Positions 37,767 through 47,742 of a DNA stretch of 64,000 bases are shown here, in pieces (within the stretch, counting starts at the first letter, position 1; every line of letters starts with the position of its first letter). The DNA is from Promethearchaeota archaeon (GTDB lineage Archaea > Asgardarchaeota > Lokiarchaeia > Sigyniarchaeales > SOKP01): contig JALGVJ010000036.1 in NCBI GenBank assembly GCA_029838195.1, positions 1 to 64,000 on the forward strand, written 5' to 3'. The notes below the pieces were generated by a model that was not told the origin of the DNA, ran no database searches, and was given only the letters and a program-made list of their open reading frames with translations. The position numbers and the translations under genes were made by a program.

Positions 37767-38732
37767 ATGAATAAATATTTCTATAAATATTTCATGATTG
37801 AACGAAGAGGAGTTGTAATTCTTTTAAGAGAATTTTCTGATAGATGGCTACAATGGATGGAAAAAGCAGATTTAAATCTCTTAGGGCTTCATACTTTTGA
37901 TAAAAATGAGTTAATAAAATTCATTAATTCTGAGAAAGGGAAAAAATTATTCTCCGAAGCTAAGAACTTAGATATTGATATAGAATTTGAAGTTCATGCA
38001 TTATCTTGGCTGCTTCCAAAAGACAAGTTTAAAACAACCCCAACATTCTTTCGAGAAAATTATAAAAAATTTCGTACCCCCGATCATAATTGCTGTGTAT
38101 CTAATGAGAATGCTTTAGAGCTCATTCAAAAAAACGCGAAAAAATTATCAGAAATAATAATCCCAACCACCAATCGTTATTATTTCTGGCAAGATGATGG
38201 AAAGGATGTTTTTTGCCATTGTGATGAGTGTCGACATCTTTCAGCTTCGGATCAAGCATTAATTTTAATGAATACCATTATAGATGGTATAAAAGAAATA
38301 AATTCTGATGCAAAATTATCTTTTCTTGCCTATTTATCTACATTAGACACGCCTAAATTAATAAAGCCAAGAAAAGATATTTTTTTAGAATTTGCTCCAA
38401 TAAGAAGAAAATTCCATTGCGCCATTAATGATAACAGGAGCTTGAGAAATTATAAGCAAGTTCAAAAATTAAAATCATTAATCTCCTATTTTGGAATCAC
38501 TAATGCACAAATATTAGAATATTGGTTAGATTGTTCATTATTTTCCGGTTGGCGTGAAAATGTAAGGAAGAAAATTCCTTTTCAAGAAGAAATCTTACAA
38601 GCAGATGTAAATTTCTATAAATCATTGGGATTTAAATCCATGACAAGTTTTGCAGTATTTTTAGATGATTTATACATTAAAAAGTATGGATTTCCTCCTA
38701 TTACTCGATATGGCGAAATTTTGAAAAGTTAG
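37767..38732 (+). CDS. DUF4838-like protein (glycoside-hydrolase-like barrel)
   Basis: EVHALSWLLP, N.C.SN, WQDDG...CHCDEC, FLAY, LEYWLDCSLFS. Confidence 0.65.
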   Translation: MNKYFYKYFMIERRGVVILLREFSDRWLQWMEKADLNLLGLHTFDKNELIKFINSEKGKKLFSEAKNLDIDIEFEVHALSWLLPKDKFKTTPTFFRENYKKFRTPDHNCCVSNENALELIQKNAKKLSEIIIPTTNRYYFWQDDGKDVFCHCDECRHLSASDQALILMNTIIDGIKEINSDAKLSFLAYLSTLDTPKLIKPRKDIFLEFAPIRRKFHCAINDNRSLRNYKQVQKLKSLISYFGITNAQILEYWLDCSLFSGWRENVRKKIPFQEEILQADVNFYKSLGFKSMTSFAVFLDDLYIKKYGFPPITRYGEILKS

Positions 38733-38748
38733 CAAAAATTTTTTCTTA

Positions 38749-40149
38749 ATGTTAGCAAATTTGATATATATATTATTAGTTATCAAAAGAGCGGTGTCAA
38801 TAAAGGAATTAATTAAGAAGGAATTCAAGGTAAATGAATATCTCACGCTGAGATTAATCAAGGATAAAACATTTATTTTCATAAAGGGGGAATTATTTCA
38901 GCAATGTAAATATTTACTCATGGATATTCCGAAAGAGAGGTTAAATGAAATTCGAGATATTGAATCCATCGATGAGGCGAGTTCTATATTAGACCATTCA
39001 CTAGAGAAAGGCGAGGAGTCATTTACGATTTCGCCAGAGATGGAATTTTGGGGTCATTGTTCGAACTTGCAGGTTTGGGCAGAGAATAATTATGACACGC
39101 GTTTATTACATAGTAATATCGCATTTCCTCTCTTGAAAAAATTAACGGACGTGGGAGATCCGACTGCTAAAAAAGTATTCAAGGAAGAGATAGGATTAAG
39201 AATTTCTCATGGAAATGAAAAGGTAATTGAGTTTCTTGTTAGCCAAAACTATTTAGATTATCTTAATGAAGATGAGATTAGTGCCATAGGTCCGGAATTA
39301 AAGCAATTTGTATATCTAAAGCAAGAAAGAGCAATAGGTAATTATCTTGATAAGAATGAATTTGAATCGTTATTTGTCTTCATAGTACACAATACTGACT
39401 CTTTGAGATTTTTTGCTACTCATCCTTTCTCTAAGATGGATGAGTTAACAAGAGAGTCGAAACAAGCCGTTAAAGTTGAGAAGAAAAAGATCGTGGGGTT
39501 AAGCTTGAATTATTGTAGATTAAATGAACTTAGCCCTTTAATTGAAAATCTTAAAAATTTGAAAATCTTGTATTTAAATAATAATTTTTTTAAAAATTTT
39601 CCCGAAAGTATATTAAATTTGAAAAAGCTTGAAGAGATATCCTTAGCGGGCAATCAATTAAGAAAGATCCCTCCTTCAATTGATCAATTAAAAAATTTAA
39701 GAATTTTCAATTTAGATCATGGGGCAATCAACGTATTGCCCGATTCAATTACAGAACTTTCATTTTTGGAATCCCTATCCCTCTGGAACAATGCATTGAA
39801 AACACTCCCAAAAGATTTGGGGAAATTAAAACGTTTGAAAATATTAGGTTTAAGTAATAATCGGTTGCAAGAACTTCCTCCCTCCATTAAGGAATTAACT
39901 TCCTTGAAAACGATTGACTTGAGTACTAACTTGTTTTCAAAATTTCCAGAGGAATTAATAGAATTAAACGCTCTTGAGTCGCTTTGGATGAATCAAAATA
40001 AAATCAAGAGCCTACCTTCCTCAATTCTCAACATGGACTCCCTCAAGGAATTATTTTTAATTAATAATCCTTTAAACGTTCATTCGGATGTAAACCTAAA
40101 AATAGTAGTAGCTCAATTAAAAGCAAGGGGAGTTATTGTTCGCCTATAA
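38749..40149 (+). CDS. Leucine-rich repeat protein with Loki-type N-terminal domain
   Basis: EFWGHCSNLQVWAENNYDTRLLHSNIAFPLLKKL followed by ~9 LRRs of 23 aa. Exact start uncertain. Confidence 0.9.
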   Translation: MLANLIYILLVIKRAVSIKELIKKEFKVNEYLTLRLIKDKTFIFIKGELFQQCKYLLMDIPKERLNEIRDIESIDEASSILDHSLEKGEESFTISPEMEFWGHCSNLQVWAENNYDTRLLHSNIAFPLLKKLTDVGDPTAKKVFKEEIGLRISHGNEKVIEFLVSQNYLDYLNEDEISAIGPELKQFVYLKQERAIGNYLDKNEFESLFVFIVHNTDSLRFFATHPFSKMDELTRESKQAVKVEKKKIVGLSLNYCRLNELSPLIENLKNLKILYLNNNFFKNFPESILNLKKLEEISLAGNQLRKIPPSIDQLKNLRIFNLDHGAINVLPDSITELSFLESLSLWNNALKTLPKDLGKLKRLKILGLSNNRLQELPPSIKELTSLKTIDLSTNLFSKFPEELIELNALESLWMNQNKIKSLPSSILNMDSLKELFLINNPLNVHSDVNLKIVVAQLKARGVIVRL

Positions 40150-40279
40150 TAATTACATGTTTTTTTACCACTTTGGCATTACTAACTTTCACGAAAACAT
40201 TCCTAATATGAAGTTCCCTTTAGGCCATCAATTTGAAAGGAATATAAAAATCCCATTATACAGGAGATGTGGATCGGAG

Positions 40280-41584
40280 CTAAAGGAGCTTATTTTTTTT
40301 AATAATATCTTTATAATGATCTCGTTCTCTCCTCAAAACCTTTATCTCTTTCTTGAGCTCTATTAATTGTTCCTCCCTACCATCTCGCTCTTTCTCTTTT
40401 TCAGATATTTTATCTCTTAAAGCTTTAATCTCGATTTTCAGGGATGCTAGGGCGTCTAAATGAAGGTTATTTTCTTCTTTTAAAGTTTCCAAGGCATGAG
40501 TAAGATTACTTATTTGTCCGTTTAAATTCACCTTTTCCTCAATGAGTTCATTTATTTTTTGTTTAAGCGTTTCATTTTCACTGTTTAGAACTTCAATCTC
40601 AGCGAATTTTTCTTTCATTTGGTCTTTTTCTTTTAAATCCGCATTTAATTTTATAATTTCCTTTTCTTTATTGTTTATTTCTTTTGATAACTCCTCAATT
40701 TTTCTTGTTAAATTAGAGATGGTATCTTTTAATTTCTCATTTTCTCTTGCTACTTGAGTTTTTTCTTCAGTTAACTCTTGAATTGTCCCTCTTTGAAGAT
40801 CGATTTTTTTTTCCAACAGTGAAATCTTATCTTCCAAGTTCGTTTTTTCTGTTCTCACTTGAATGATATATTTTGAGAGGTCCTTAATTTTTTCTCCTTG
40901 TTCAGAGATTTTTTCCAGCAATTGTTCAATATTTGCTTTAATTTCTTGATTTTCAACGTGTTTCCACCACGTTTCTTGTTCTTCATCTGTAGGTTCGGGC
41001 GGAATGGGATTCGCAATTAAATCTACTTTTTTCTCTTGATCCATCTTGTCCACTTGCCCCTCTTGAAGGAACCCTTTGGTTTCCATGAGTTCCCCTTTAA
41101 TGGAGTCCTGAGCGGGTTCTTCAGATGCATTCTCCTCTTGTTGGACTGGTTGAAGTGAATCTCCTTGCCTGTATGGATTTAATTCTTCATTTTCAAGCAA
41201 TTCAAAATAATCTTTTAATATATGCTGAAAACTCGTTTCATTTAGCCGAGGTAATAAATCATGAGCAATCCGTCTTACCATGCCCTCGAATTCACCGGAG
41301 ATCGTGGTTGAAGCTGAAATTAGAACAACTATGCCATGATCAGGCAAGCCTATATAGGAGATTTCTGAATAACCCGTATATAATTCAAGTATATCGATAT
41401 CTTTATTAATGTTTATCTGCGTGAATTGAGGAGGAGCTTTTTTACTTGCCGTCTGCTCGAATAAAGTCGAGATTCTCCTTTCGGGGATTCTCAATTCATC
41501 CAAGCAGTTAGGAGGGTATTGTGCCAAAATTTCTGAACCCGTCTCATCATGATACTTTAAAACTAAAATGCCTTTTAATTTCAC
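40280..41584 (-). CDS. N-terminal longin/uDENN-like domain plus long coiled coil
   Basis: GILVLKYHDETGSEILAQYP opening resembles uDENN (F....GP.I...YP); then an acidic linker and ~220 aa of heptads. Confidence 0.6.
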   Translation of the reverse strand: MKLKGILVLKYHDETGSEILAQYPPNCLDELRIPERRISTLFEQTASKKAPPQFTQININKDIDILELYTGYSEISYIGLPDHGIVVLISASTTISGEFEGMVRRIAHDLLPRLNETSFQHILKDYFELLENEELNPYRQGDSLQPVQQEENASEEPAQDSIKGELMETKGFLQEGQVDKMDQEKKVDLIANPIPPEPTDEEQETWWKHVENQEIKANIEQLLEKISEQGEKIKDLSKYIIQVRTEKTNLEDKISLLEKKIDLQRGTIQELTEEKTQVARENEKLKDTISNLTRKIEELSKEINNKEKEIIKLNADLKEKDQMKEKFAEIEVLNSENETLKQKINELIEEKVNLNGQISNLTHALETLKEENNLHLDALASLKIEIKALRDKISEKEKERDGREEQLIELKKEIKVLRRERDHYKDIIKKNKLL

Positions 41585-41769
41585 GAGATCACCACGAGCT
41601 TTTTATTCCTCACTAAAAAAAGAATTTCTATAAGATTAAAGGAAATTAATCGTATATATAAATTTCCTTTAGAAGTAAATTGGCAGAAGAAATCTTTGTA
41701 TCCTAAGATTTGAGTAAAAAATATTCGTGTAGTAAAAAAAATATAAATAAAGGAGGATTGTTAAATGTT

Positions 41770-42564
41770 TTACGATAACACGCTTTCAATAGTTTCGATG
41801 GTTAAAGGTTTTAAATCCAATGCTCTCTTTAATTCTTCTCCTAATTTTCTTACCTTCAACTCATATATCAACATTAATGGCATGTAGAGTCCGATTAAAA
41901 ATAAAGGGTACACCAATATCACGATTCCGATAATATTTACCGAGACAACTTCTATTATGGTAATGGCATATAAAATGGGCGTTGTGATGCCCCCATAACC
42001 TTTTAGCAATTGATCTTGCGTTTTACCAAAATAGCTTAATTCGGGAGGGACTCGCGTTTTTTGTCTTCTCAAAAGTTTCACGATCCCCGCATCCTTGTAA
42101 ATCCAAATTGGCAAGAACGGAATGATTATAAGGGGCGTAAGTAATAAAGAGATATTGATAATTGGCGTTACAAAAGAACCAAATAATCCCGAATTAGAAG
42201 GATCATAGAGTGATAAGGAAATGGATATAACGACTAATACGGGAATTAATGCTCGTAGTATTAAATGCCGGGAAGCAATAGGCTTATTTCTTTGCTCGAT
42301 ATAATAAAGATCAAATTTGGATTGGAATTTTCTTAAAATTTTGAAATTTAGAACGGCTATTTTTTTAATGAACATCAAGGGCACGCATGTTAAAATGGGG
42401 ATTACAATAAATAAAATGATAACATCTATTTTAGCATCCCCTGGAATCGCCAGTACATAATCCCGAATTCCTTCTCTTAAGATGATGTAGGAAGCTTCCA
42501 GGAAATATCCAATCGTAGCGAGCAAATAAAAAATCGGAATGATAAAATTTTTACGAACGGTCAT
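41770..42564 (-). CDS. Multi-pass membrane protein of unknown function
   Basis: About six hydrophobic segments. Confidence 0.7.
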   Translation of the reverse strand: MTVRKNFIIPIFYLLATIGYFLEASYIILREGIRDYVLAIPGDAKIDVIILFIVIPILTCVPLMFIKKIAVLNFKILRKFQSKFDLYYIEQRNKPIASRHLILRALIPVLVVISISLSLYDPSNSGLFGSFVTPIINISLLLTPLIIIPFLPIWIYKDAGIVKLLRRQKTRVPPELSYFGKTQDQLLKGYGGITTPILYAITIIEVVSVNIIGIVILVYPLFLIGLYMPLMLIYELKVRKLGEELKRALDLKPLTIETIESVLS

Positions 42565-42609
42565 AAATAGTATATAAAAATTTCTCTTGAAAAATTTTTA
42601 GTTGCCATT

Positions 42610-43335
42610 TCAAGCACCTAAACGCCTTTTTCTCCTCATGTACTCCTTTAGATCTTCAATAAGTAACTCCTCAGAATAATCCGGCCAATATTCATTTCTA
42701 AACCGAAATTCAGCATATGAAGCATCCCATAAAAGGAAACCTGAAATGCGGGCTCCGTCATCCATGCCCGTTCGTATGATATAATCAACAGGAGGGAAGT
42801 CTTTCGTATATAAATGTTCCTTAATTTTCTCCGGTGTAATTTCCTCTGCACTCACGTTATTTTTAATGAGGGCCTTTACCGCATCGACGATTTCTTCTTG
42901 TCCATCATACATCACGCAGATATTAATGAATGCTTTATCATGATCCTTGGTATAATCAATTAATTCTTTAATTTTCTCCGTGACATGAGATGGAAGCGAT
43001 CTCCATCTCCCAATCACGTTCATTTTCACTTTCTCTTCCGTTATCATGGGATCTTCCTTAACTGCCTCAACGGCCATCTTGATGATTTCATAAATGTATT
43101 TTAATTCTTCCTTGCTCCGTTTTCTTGCATTTTCTAAAGACAGCGCATAGATCGTGAGATAACGGATTCCAGCATCAAAGAGACTGTATAAAATTGTTTT
43201 CATGATTTCATAACCTCGCAAGTGTCCAAAATTAATATCTAAGTTTCTTTCACGAGCCCATCGTCGATTACCATCGGGAATGATTCCCACGTGTTTAGGC
43301 AATTTCCCCTTTACACTTTTAATAAATTCTTCCAT
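42610..43335 (-). CDS. uppS: cis-prenyltransferase (polyprenyl diphosphate synthase)
   Basis: HVGIIPDGNRRWA, YALSLEN, IIRTG...RISGFLLW, C-terminal RRLG. Confidence 0.95.
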   Translation of the reverse strand: MEEFIKSVKGKLPKHVGIIPDGNRRWARERNLDINFGHLRGYEIMKTILYSLFDAGIRYLTIYALSLENARKRSKEELKYIYEIIKMAVEAVKEDPMITEEKVKMNVIGRWRSLPSHVTEKIKELIDYTKDHDKAFINICVMYDGQEEIVDAVKALIKNNVSAEEITPEKIKEHLYTKDFPPVDYIIRTGMDDGARISGFLLWDASYAEFRFRNEYWPDYSEELLIEDLKEYMRRKRRLGA

Positions 43336-43662
43336 GGTCTCAATAAGAATTAATAACGATAATAATATTATAATTCATGATTAAAGAAAAACATGTGTTA
43401 ATCAAAAGATCTACATGAAAACCAGATGAAAATAAAATTAATCCATTTCATTCAAGAGGCCGTGATAACTTGATTCTTGGAATGATAAGAGATTCTCCTA
43501 AATTTGATATTCTTAAATTTAATAAATCTTTACCAATCTTATAATACTGATAAGCTTTTTATTTCCACGCGAGCTCCCATTCTAAAACATAAAAAATTTA
43601 TTTAAATGATGATTTAATCAAATAATCACTTAGAATAATTTTTCAACATAAAGGTATTTTAC

Positions 43663-45300
43663 ATGATTTCCAATGAATATTTGTTCGGAAATGTTGGAAT
43701 CGACAGCATGGCTTTTTATGCACCTCGATTTTACGTGGATATAGAAGAATTCGCCGCAAAACGCCAGGTGGATCCTAATAAGTATACAAAAGGGCTTTTA
43801 TTAAAAGAGATGCGCATACCCGATGTGGGCCAAGACATAATTTCTCTTGGTTTAAAAGCAGCATATATTGCTTTAACGAGAGGTAAAATTTCTCCGAAAA
43901 AGATTGATGCTGTATTCTGCGGAACTGAAACCGAAACTTACGCTGTAAAATCAGTATCAAACATTTTTGCCGAATTACTCGGTGTCTCCGCGAATTGCAT
44001 GACTCAGGACATTTACAACGCATGTGCTGGTGGCACATTAGCTATTTTGAATGCATTGGCGTTAATTGAACAAGGGATTTTGAAAAGGGCCTTGGTGATT
44101 TGTGCGGATATTTCGTCTTATCAAATAGGAACTCCCAGTGAAGCGACACAAGGCTCCGGAGCAATTGCATTCATACTTTCAAGAAATCCACGAGTAGCCA
44201 CCTTTAGTCGGAATTTTGGCAAGGTTTCGGGGAATATAAACGATTTCTACCGGCCCGTTGGGGAAAAAAATGCACATGTTTTCGGGCAATATTCAGTTCA
44301 GACTTATTTAAATTTTCAATTGGCGGCATATGATGATTTAATTCGCAATATTGGAGATTTTCATGCTGATTTTTATACATTTCATGCTCCTTTTGCGAAA
44401 TTGCCAATAAAGACTATGCAGCAAATTATTTTAAAACGCTGGATTAATCACATTGCTAATTTAATAAAGCTCAAGCCAGGTGGTTTTCGGCAGTCAATAT
44501 TAAAAAAGCTTGATTATTTCCTACATGATGTTTCCGTGTTGCCGGAATACCTTTATTTGAAGTTAAAGGAGAGAGGATATAGGTCAGAAACATTAGAGTC
44601 CATGTCCCATTGGTTAATTTCTAATGTTAAGACTCGAGTGCTTCCTCAGCTGAGAGTTCCCTCGCATTTTGGGAATATGTATAATGCCAGCATTTGGGCG
44701 CAGATTATTTATATTCTCGAAAATTTTGCTCATCCGAATGATACGATCTATTGGGGGTCCTACGGTTCCGGCGCTACATGTATTTCAGGATTATTGAAAG
44801 TTCAAGAACGATTTAAAGTAATAACAAGAAGGGGCCCAAAAATAAACCATTTTATTAACCGCAAGGAGCGAAAAAATGTATTAGATTATGAATTAATTAA
44901 AACTGGGAATTACGCGCCTCCTATGGTTTTAGGACAAATTACTGAGCATGAGCTAAATAAAGGAAGGGGATTTACGCTTCATTTTTGCAATGAGGGATGC
45001 CTCATTCCAAGTTTTAAAGGTTTGGATTATTGTCCGAAGGGGCATGAGGGTTTTAATGAACGTTTCTTTCCATTATTTGCGGTGTTGAATTCAGATCCGC
45101 TCATTAAAAGGAATTATAATGAAGCCGATGTGAGTTATTTAAAAGAGGGATGGGTAAGAATATCGGGAAATGTCAAGAAAGGAAATTGCTTGGAATATGA
45201 AATTCGTCGAATTGAGAATAAAAATGAGCAAAACTATAATGCAGTCGGACTTTTGAATTGGATTCCCGTCTATATCGGCCCTATAGATATAATTTATTAA
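43663..45300 (+). CDS. HMG-CoA synthase with insertion and Cys-rich C-terminal extension
   Basis: GTET, NACAGG (catalytic Cys), EATQGSGA, FHAPF, GNMYNAS, SYGSG. Confidence 0.9.
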   Translation: MISNEYLFGNVGIDSMAFYAPRFYVDIEEFAAKRQVDPNKYTKGLLLKEMRIPDVGQDIISLGLKAAYIALTRGKISPKKIDAVFCGTETETYAVKSVSNIFAELLGVSANCMTQDIYNACAGGTLAILNALALIEQGILKRALVICADISSYQIGTPSEATQGSGAIAFILSRNPRVATFSRNFGKVSGNINDFYRPVGEKNAHVFGQYSVQTYLNFQLAAYDDLIRNIGDFHADFYTFHAPFAKLPIKTMQQIILKRWINHIANLIKLKPGGFRQSILKKLDYFLHDVSVLPEYLYLKLKERGYRSETLESMSHWLISNVKTRVLPQLRVPSHFGNMYNASIWAQIIYILENFAHPNDTIYWGSYGSGATCISGLLKVQERFKVITRRGPKINHFINRKERKNVLDYELIKTGNYAPPMVLGQITEHELNKGRGFTLHFCNEGCLIPSFKGLDYCPKGHEGFNERFFPLFAVLNSDPLIKRNYNEADVSYLKEGWVRISGNVKKGNCLEYEIRRIENKNEQNYNAVGLLNWIPVYIGPIDIIY

Positions 45301-45503
45301 TTTCTTGAATGATAATGGTGGAGGGGCATTTGAAGAGGTTAATTATCCATTGAAATTAATTTTTTTCCCGGGCAATAAAAAAGGATCACCCGACATTATA
45401 CACCAAGTAAAGGAATTTCAATCAAACTTTTTAGTTTTTTTAAAATAGCTTAAATAGGCATTTTAATTTTTTTTAGAATCAAATTAAATAGTGAATAACG
45501 CGC

Positions 45504-46775
45504 ATGAAAGAAATTAATTCTCATATTTCCGGTTTTTATAAACTTCCAATAGCGGAACGGCAACAGCTCATTTCAAAAATGGTTGAGTTAACAGCTAAAG
45601 AAGTTGAGATGTTAAGAAATTCGGGATATTTAACGGCTTTGCAGTTAGATATGATGATTGAAAATGTTATTGGAGGATATATTTTACCATTTGGGATTGC
45701 ATGTAATTTTAAAATAAACCAGAAAGATTATCTCATTCCGATGGTAATAGAAGAGCCGTCCGTGGTGGCGGCGGCTTCCAATGCGGCCAGAATGACACGG
45801 AAGCATGGTGGATTTCAATCAGATCCGGTAAAATCTATCATGATATCGCAAATTCAGCTAACCAACATCGAAAATATTGAAGAAGCTCGCAAGCAACTCG
45901 AACAAAACAAGGAGGAAATCTTGAAAATAGCAAACGAGCATGACCCTATTTTAAATAATTTAGGAGGCGGTGCTCTTGATGTAGAAGTGAGAGAAATTGA
46001 CACGAGAAGGGGTAAAATGCTAATCATCCACTTGTTAGTCGATGTTTTAGATGCGATGGGTGCGAATGTAGTGAACACCATGGCGGAAGCCGTGGCACCT
46101 TATATTGAGGAACTCTGTAGGGGAAAAATATATTTGCGAATCGTATCAAATCTAGCAACGCATCGTATTGCGAGGTCTACTGCTATTTTTGATAAAGAAA
46201 TGCTCGGAGGCGAGGAGGTCGTGGAGGGAATTCTTAATGCTTATGAGTTTGCATTAGCAGATCCTTATCGCGCGACCACGCACAATAAGGGGATAATGAA
46301 TGGAATCATTGCATTGACCCTAGCTACCGGAAATGATACCCGAGCAATTGAAGCGGGGGCACATGCGTATGCATCGCTGAACGGACATTATTCTCCTTTA
46401 ACGCGATTTGAAAAAGACGAAAATGGGAATTTAAAAGGAGAGATAGAATTACCATTAGCTTTAGGAATCATTGGAGGAATGACGAAAGTCCATCCCATGG
46501 CGCGATTGGCTCTTAAGATATTAAACGTGAAAAGTGCGGAAGAATTATCGCAAGTCGCCGCTGCTTTAGGATTAGCTCAAAACGTGGCTGCGTTGAGAGC
46601 ATTAGCTTCTGAAGGGATTCAAAAGGGCCACATGGCTCTTCATTCTCGTAATATCGCAAAATTAGCAGGAGTACCCGATCATTTAATTGAAAAGGTTGCT
46701 CGGATCATAGTAAAAGATAAAAAAATTCGAGTAGATCATGCAAAAGAAATATTACAACAGCTAAAAAATGAATAA
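45504..46775 (+). CDS. mvaA: HMG-CoA reductase, class II
   Basis: ENVIG, EEPSVVAAAS, DAMGAN, THNKGIMNG, GIQKGHMALH. Confidence 0.95.
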   Translation: MKEINSHISGFYKLPIAERQQLISKMVELTAKEVEMLRNSGYLTALQLDMMIENVIGGYILPFGIACNFKINQKDYLIPMVIEEPSVVAAASNAARMTRKHGGFQSDPVKSIMISQIQLTNIENIEEARKQLEQNKEEILKIANEHDPILNNLGGGALDVEVREIDTRRGKMLIIHLLVDVLDAMGANVVNTMAEAVAPYIEELCRGKIYLRIVSNLATHRIARSTAIFDKEMLGGEEVVEGILNAYEFALADPYRATTHNKGIMNGIIALTLATGNDTRAIEAGAHAYASLNGHYSPLTRFEKDENGNLKGEIELPLALGIIGGMTKVHPMARLALKILNVKSAEELSQVAAALGLAQNVAALRALASEGIQKGHMALHSRNIAKLAGVPDHLIEKVARIIVKDKKIRVDHAKEILQQLKNE

Positions 46776-47742
46776 AGTGATAGCATGCGCTCCTGGAAAG
46801 AGCATCTTATTTGGGGAGCATGCCGTGGTTCATGGTTATCCGGCCATTGCCTTGGCCATTTCACTTGTCTCTTCGTGTGAAATCGAACAGATCCCGGAAA
46901 AGCGTGTGGAATTATGCCTTAAGAATTCCAATAAGGTCTACAAGCACGATAACGTGGAAAAACTAATAGAGGAACTTCCGAAAAAATACGCACAGATTTC
47001 TACCTGCTTCAGATTATTTCAACAAAACCATGACCTATTATTTGAAAATACCAGAATCACGATTTCTTCCCAATTGTTTAAAAGTTCGGGGTTAGGATCT
47101 TCCGCTTCAATCGCCGTGGCGCTCGTAGAGTCGATAAATGCTTTTCACGATCTCAATTTAACCAAATCAGAAGTTTCAGATATGGCCTATGAGATGGAAA
47201 AAGTAGTTCATGGAACGCCCTCTGGCATTGATAATACCATCTGCACATTTGGAAACGTTATCCACTATCAAAATAAAGAATTTGAATTCATTCCTCTTTC
47301 GAAAGAGGTTAAATTGCTAATCGCGTTCACGAATGTCAGTCATGATACGAAAAGAGCCATCGAGAGAGTGAGGAAATTTAAAATGACTCATCCTGAAAAG
47401 TGTGAAGAAATTTTTGCCCAAATAAGTGAAACTGCTTTGGAAGGTAAGCAGCGTTTAATAGAGGGAGATCTAAAAGGTCTTGGAGCATTAATGAATGAAA
47501 ATCAAGAATTATTGGAGCAATTAGGCGTCTCAAACAAGATAATTTCGAAAATAAACGAAATTACGTTGAAAAATGGCGCATTTGGTTCAAAATTGACAGG
47601 TGCAGGGCTTGGAGGATGCGTGATATCAGTAGGCGAGGAGGATACCTTATATTATTTAGAAAAATTATTAAAAGGGAAAGGATTTCCTTGTTTTGTAGCG
47701 AATTCTGATAATGTTGGTGTGAGGAGTGCCAAGAAAGACTGA
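46768..47742 (+). CDS. mvk: Mevalonate kinase
   Basis: PGKSILFGEHAVVHG, GLGSSAS, HGTPSGIDN, KLTGAGLGGC. Confidence 0.95.
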   Translation: MNKVIACAPGKSILFGEHAVVHGYPAIALAISLVSSCEIEQIPEKRVELCLKNSNKVYKHDNVEKLIEELPKKYAQISTCFRLFQQNHDLLFENTRITISSQLFKSSGLGSSASIAVALVESINAFHDLNLTKSEVSDMAYEMEKVVHGTPSGIDNTICTFGNVIHYQNKEFEFIPLSKEVKLLIAFTNVSHDTKRAIERVRKFKMTHPEKCEEIFAQISETALEGKQRLIEGDLKGLGALMNENQELLEQLGVSNKIISKINEITLKNGAFGSKLTGAGLGGCVISVGEEDTLYYLEKLLKGKGFPCFVANSDNVGVRSAKKD

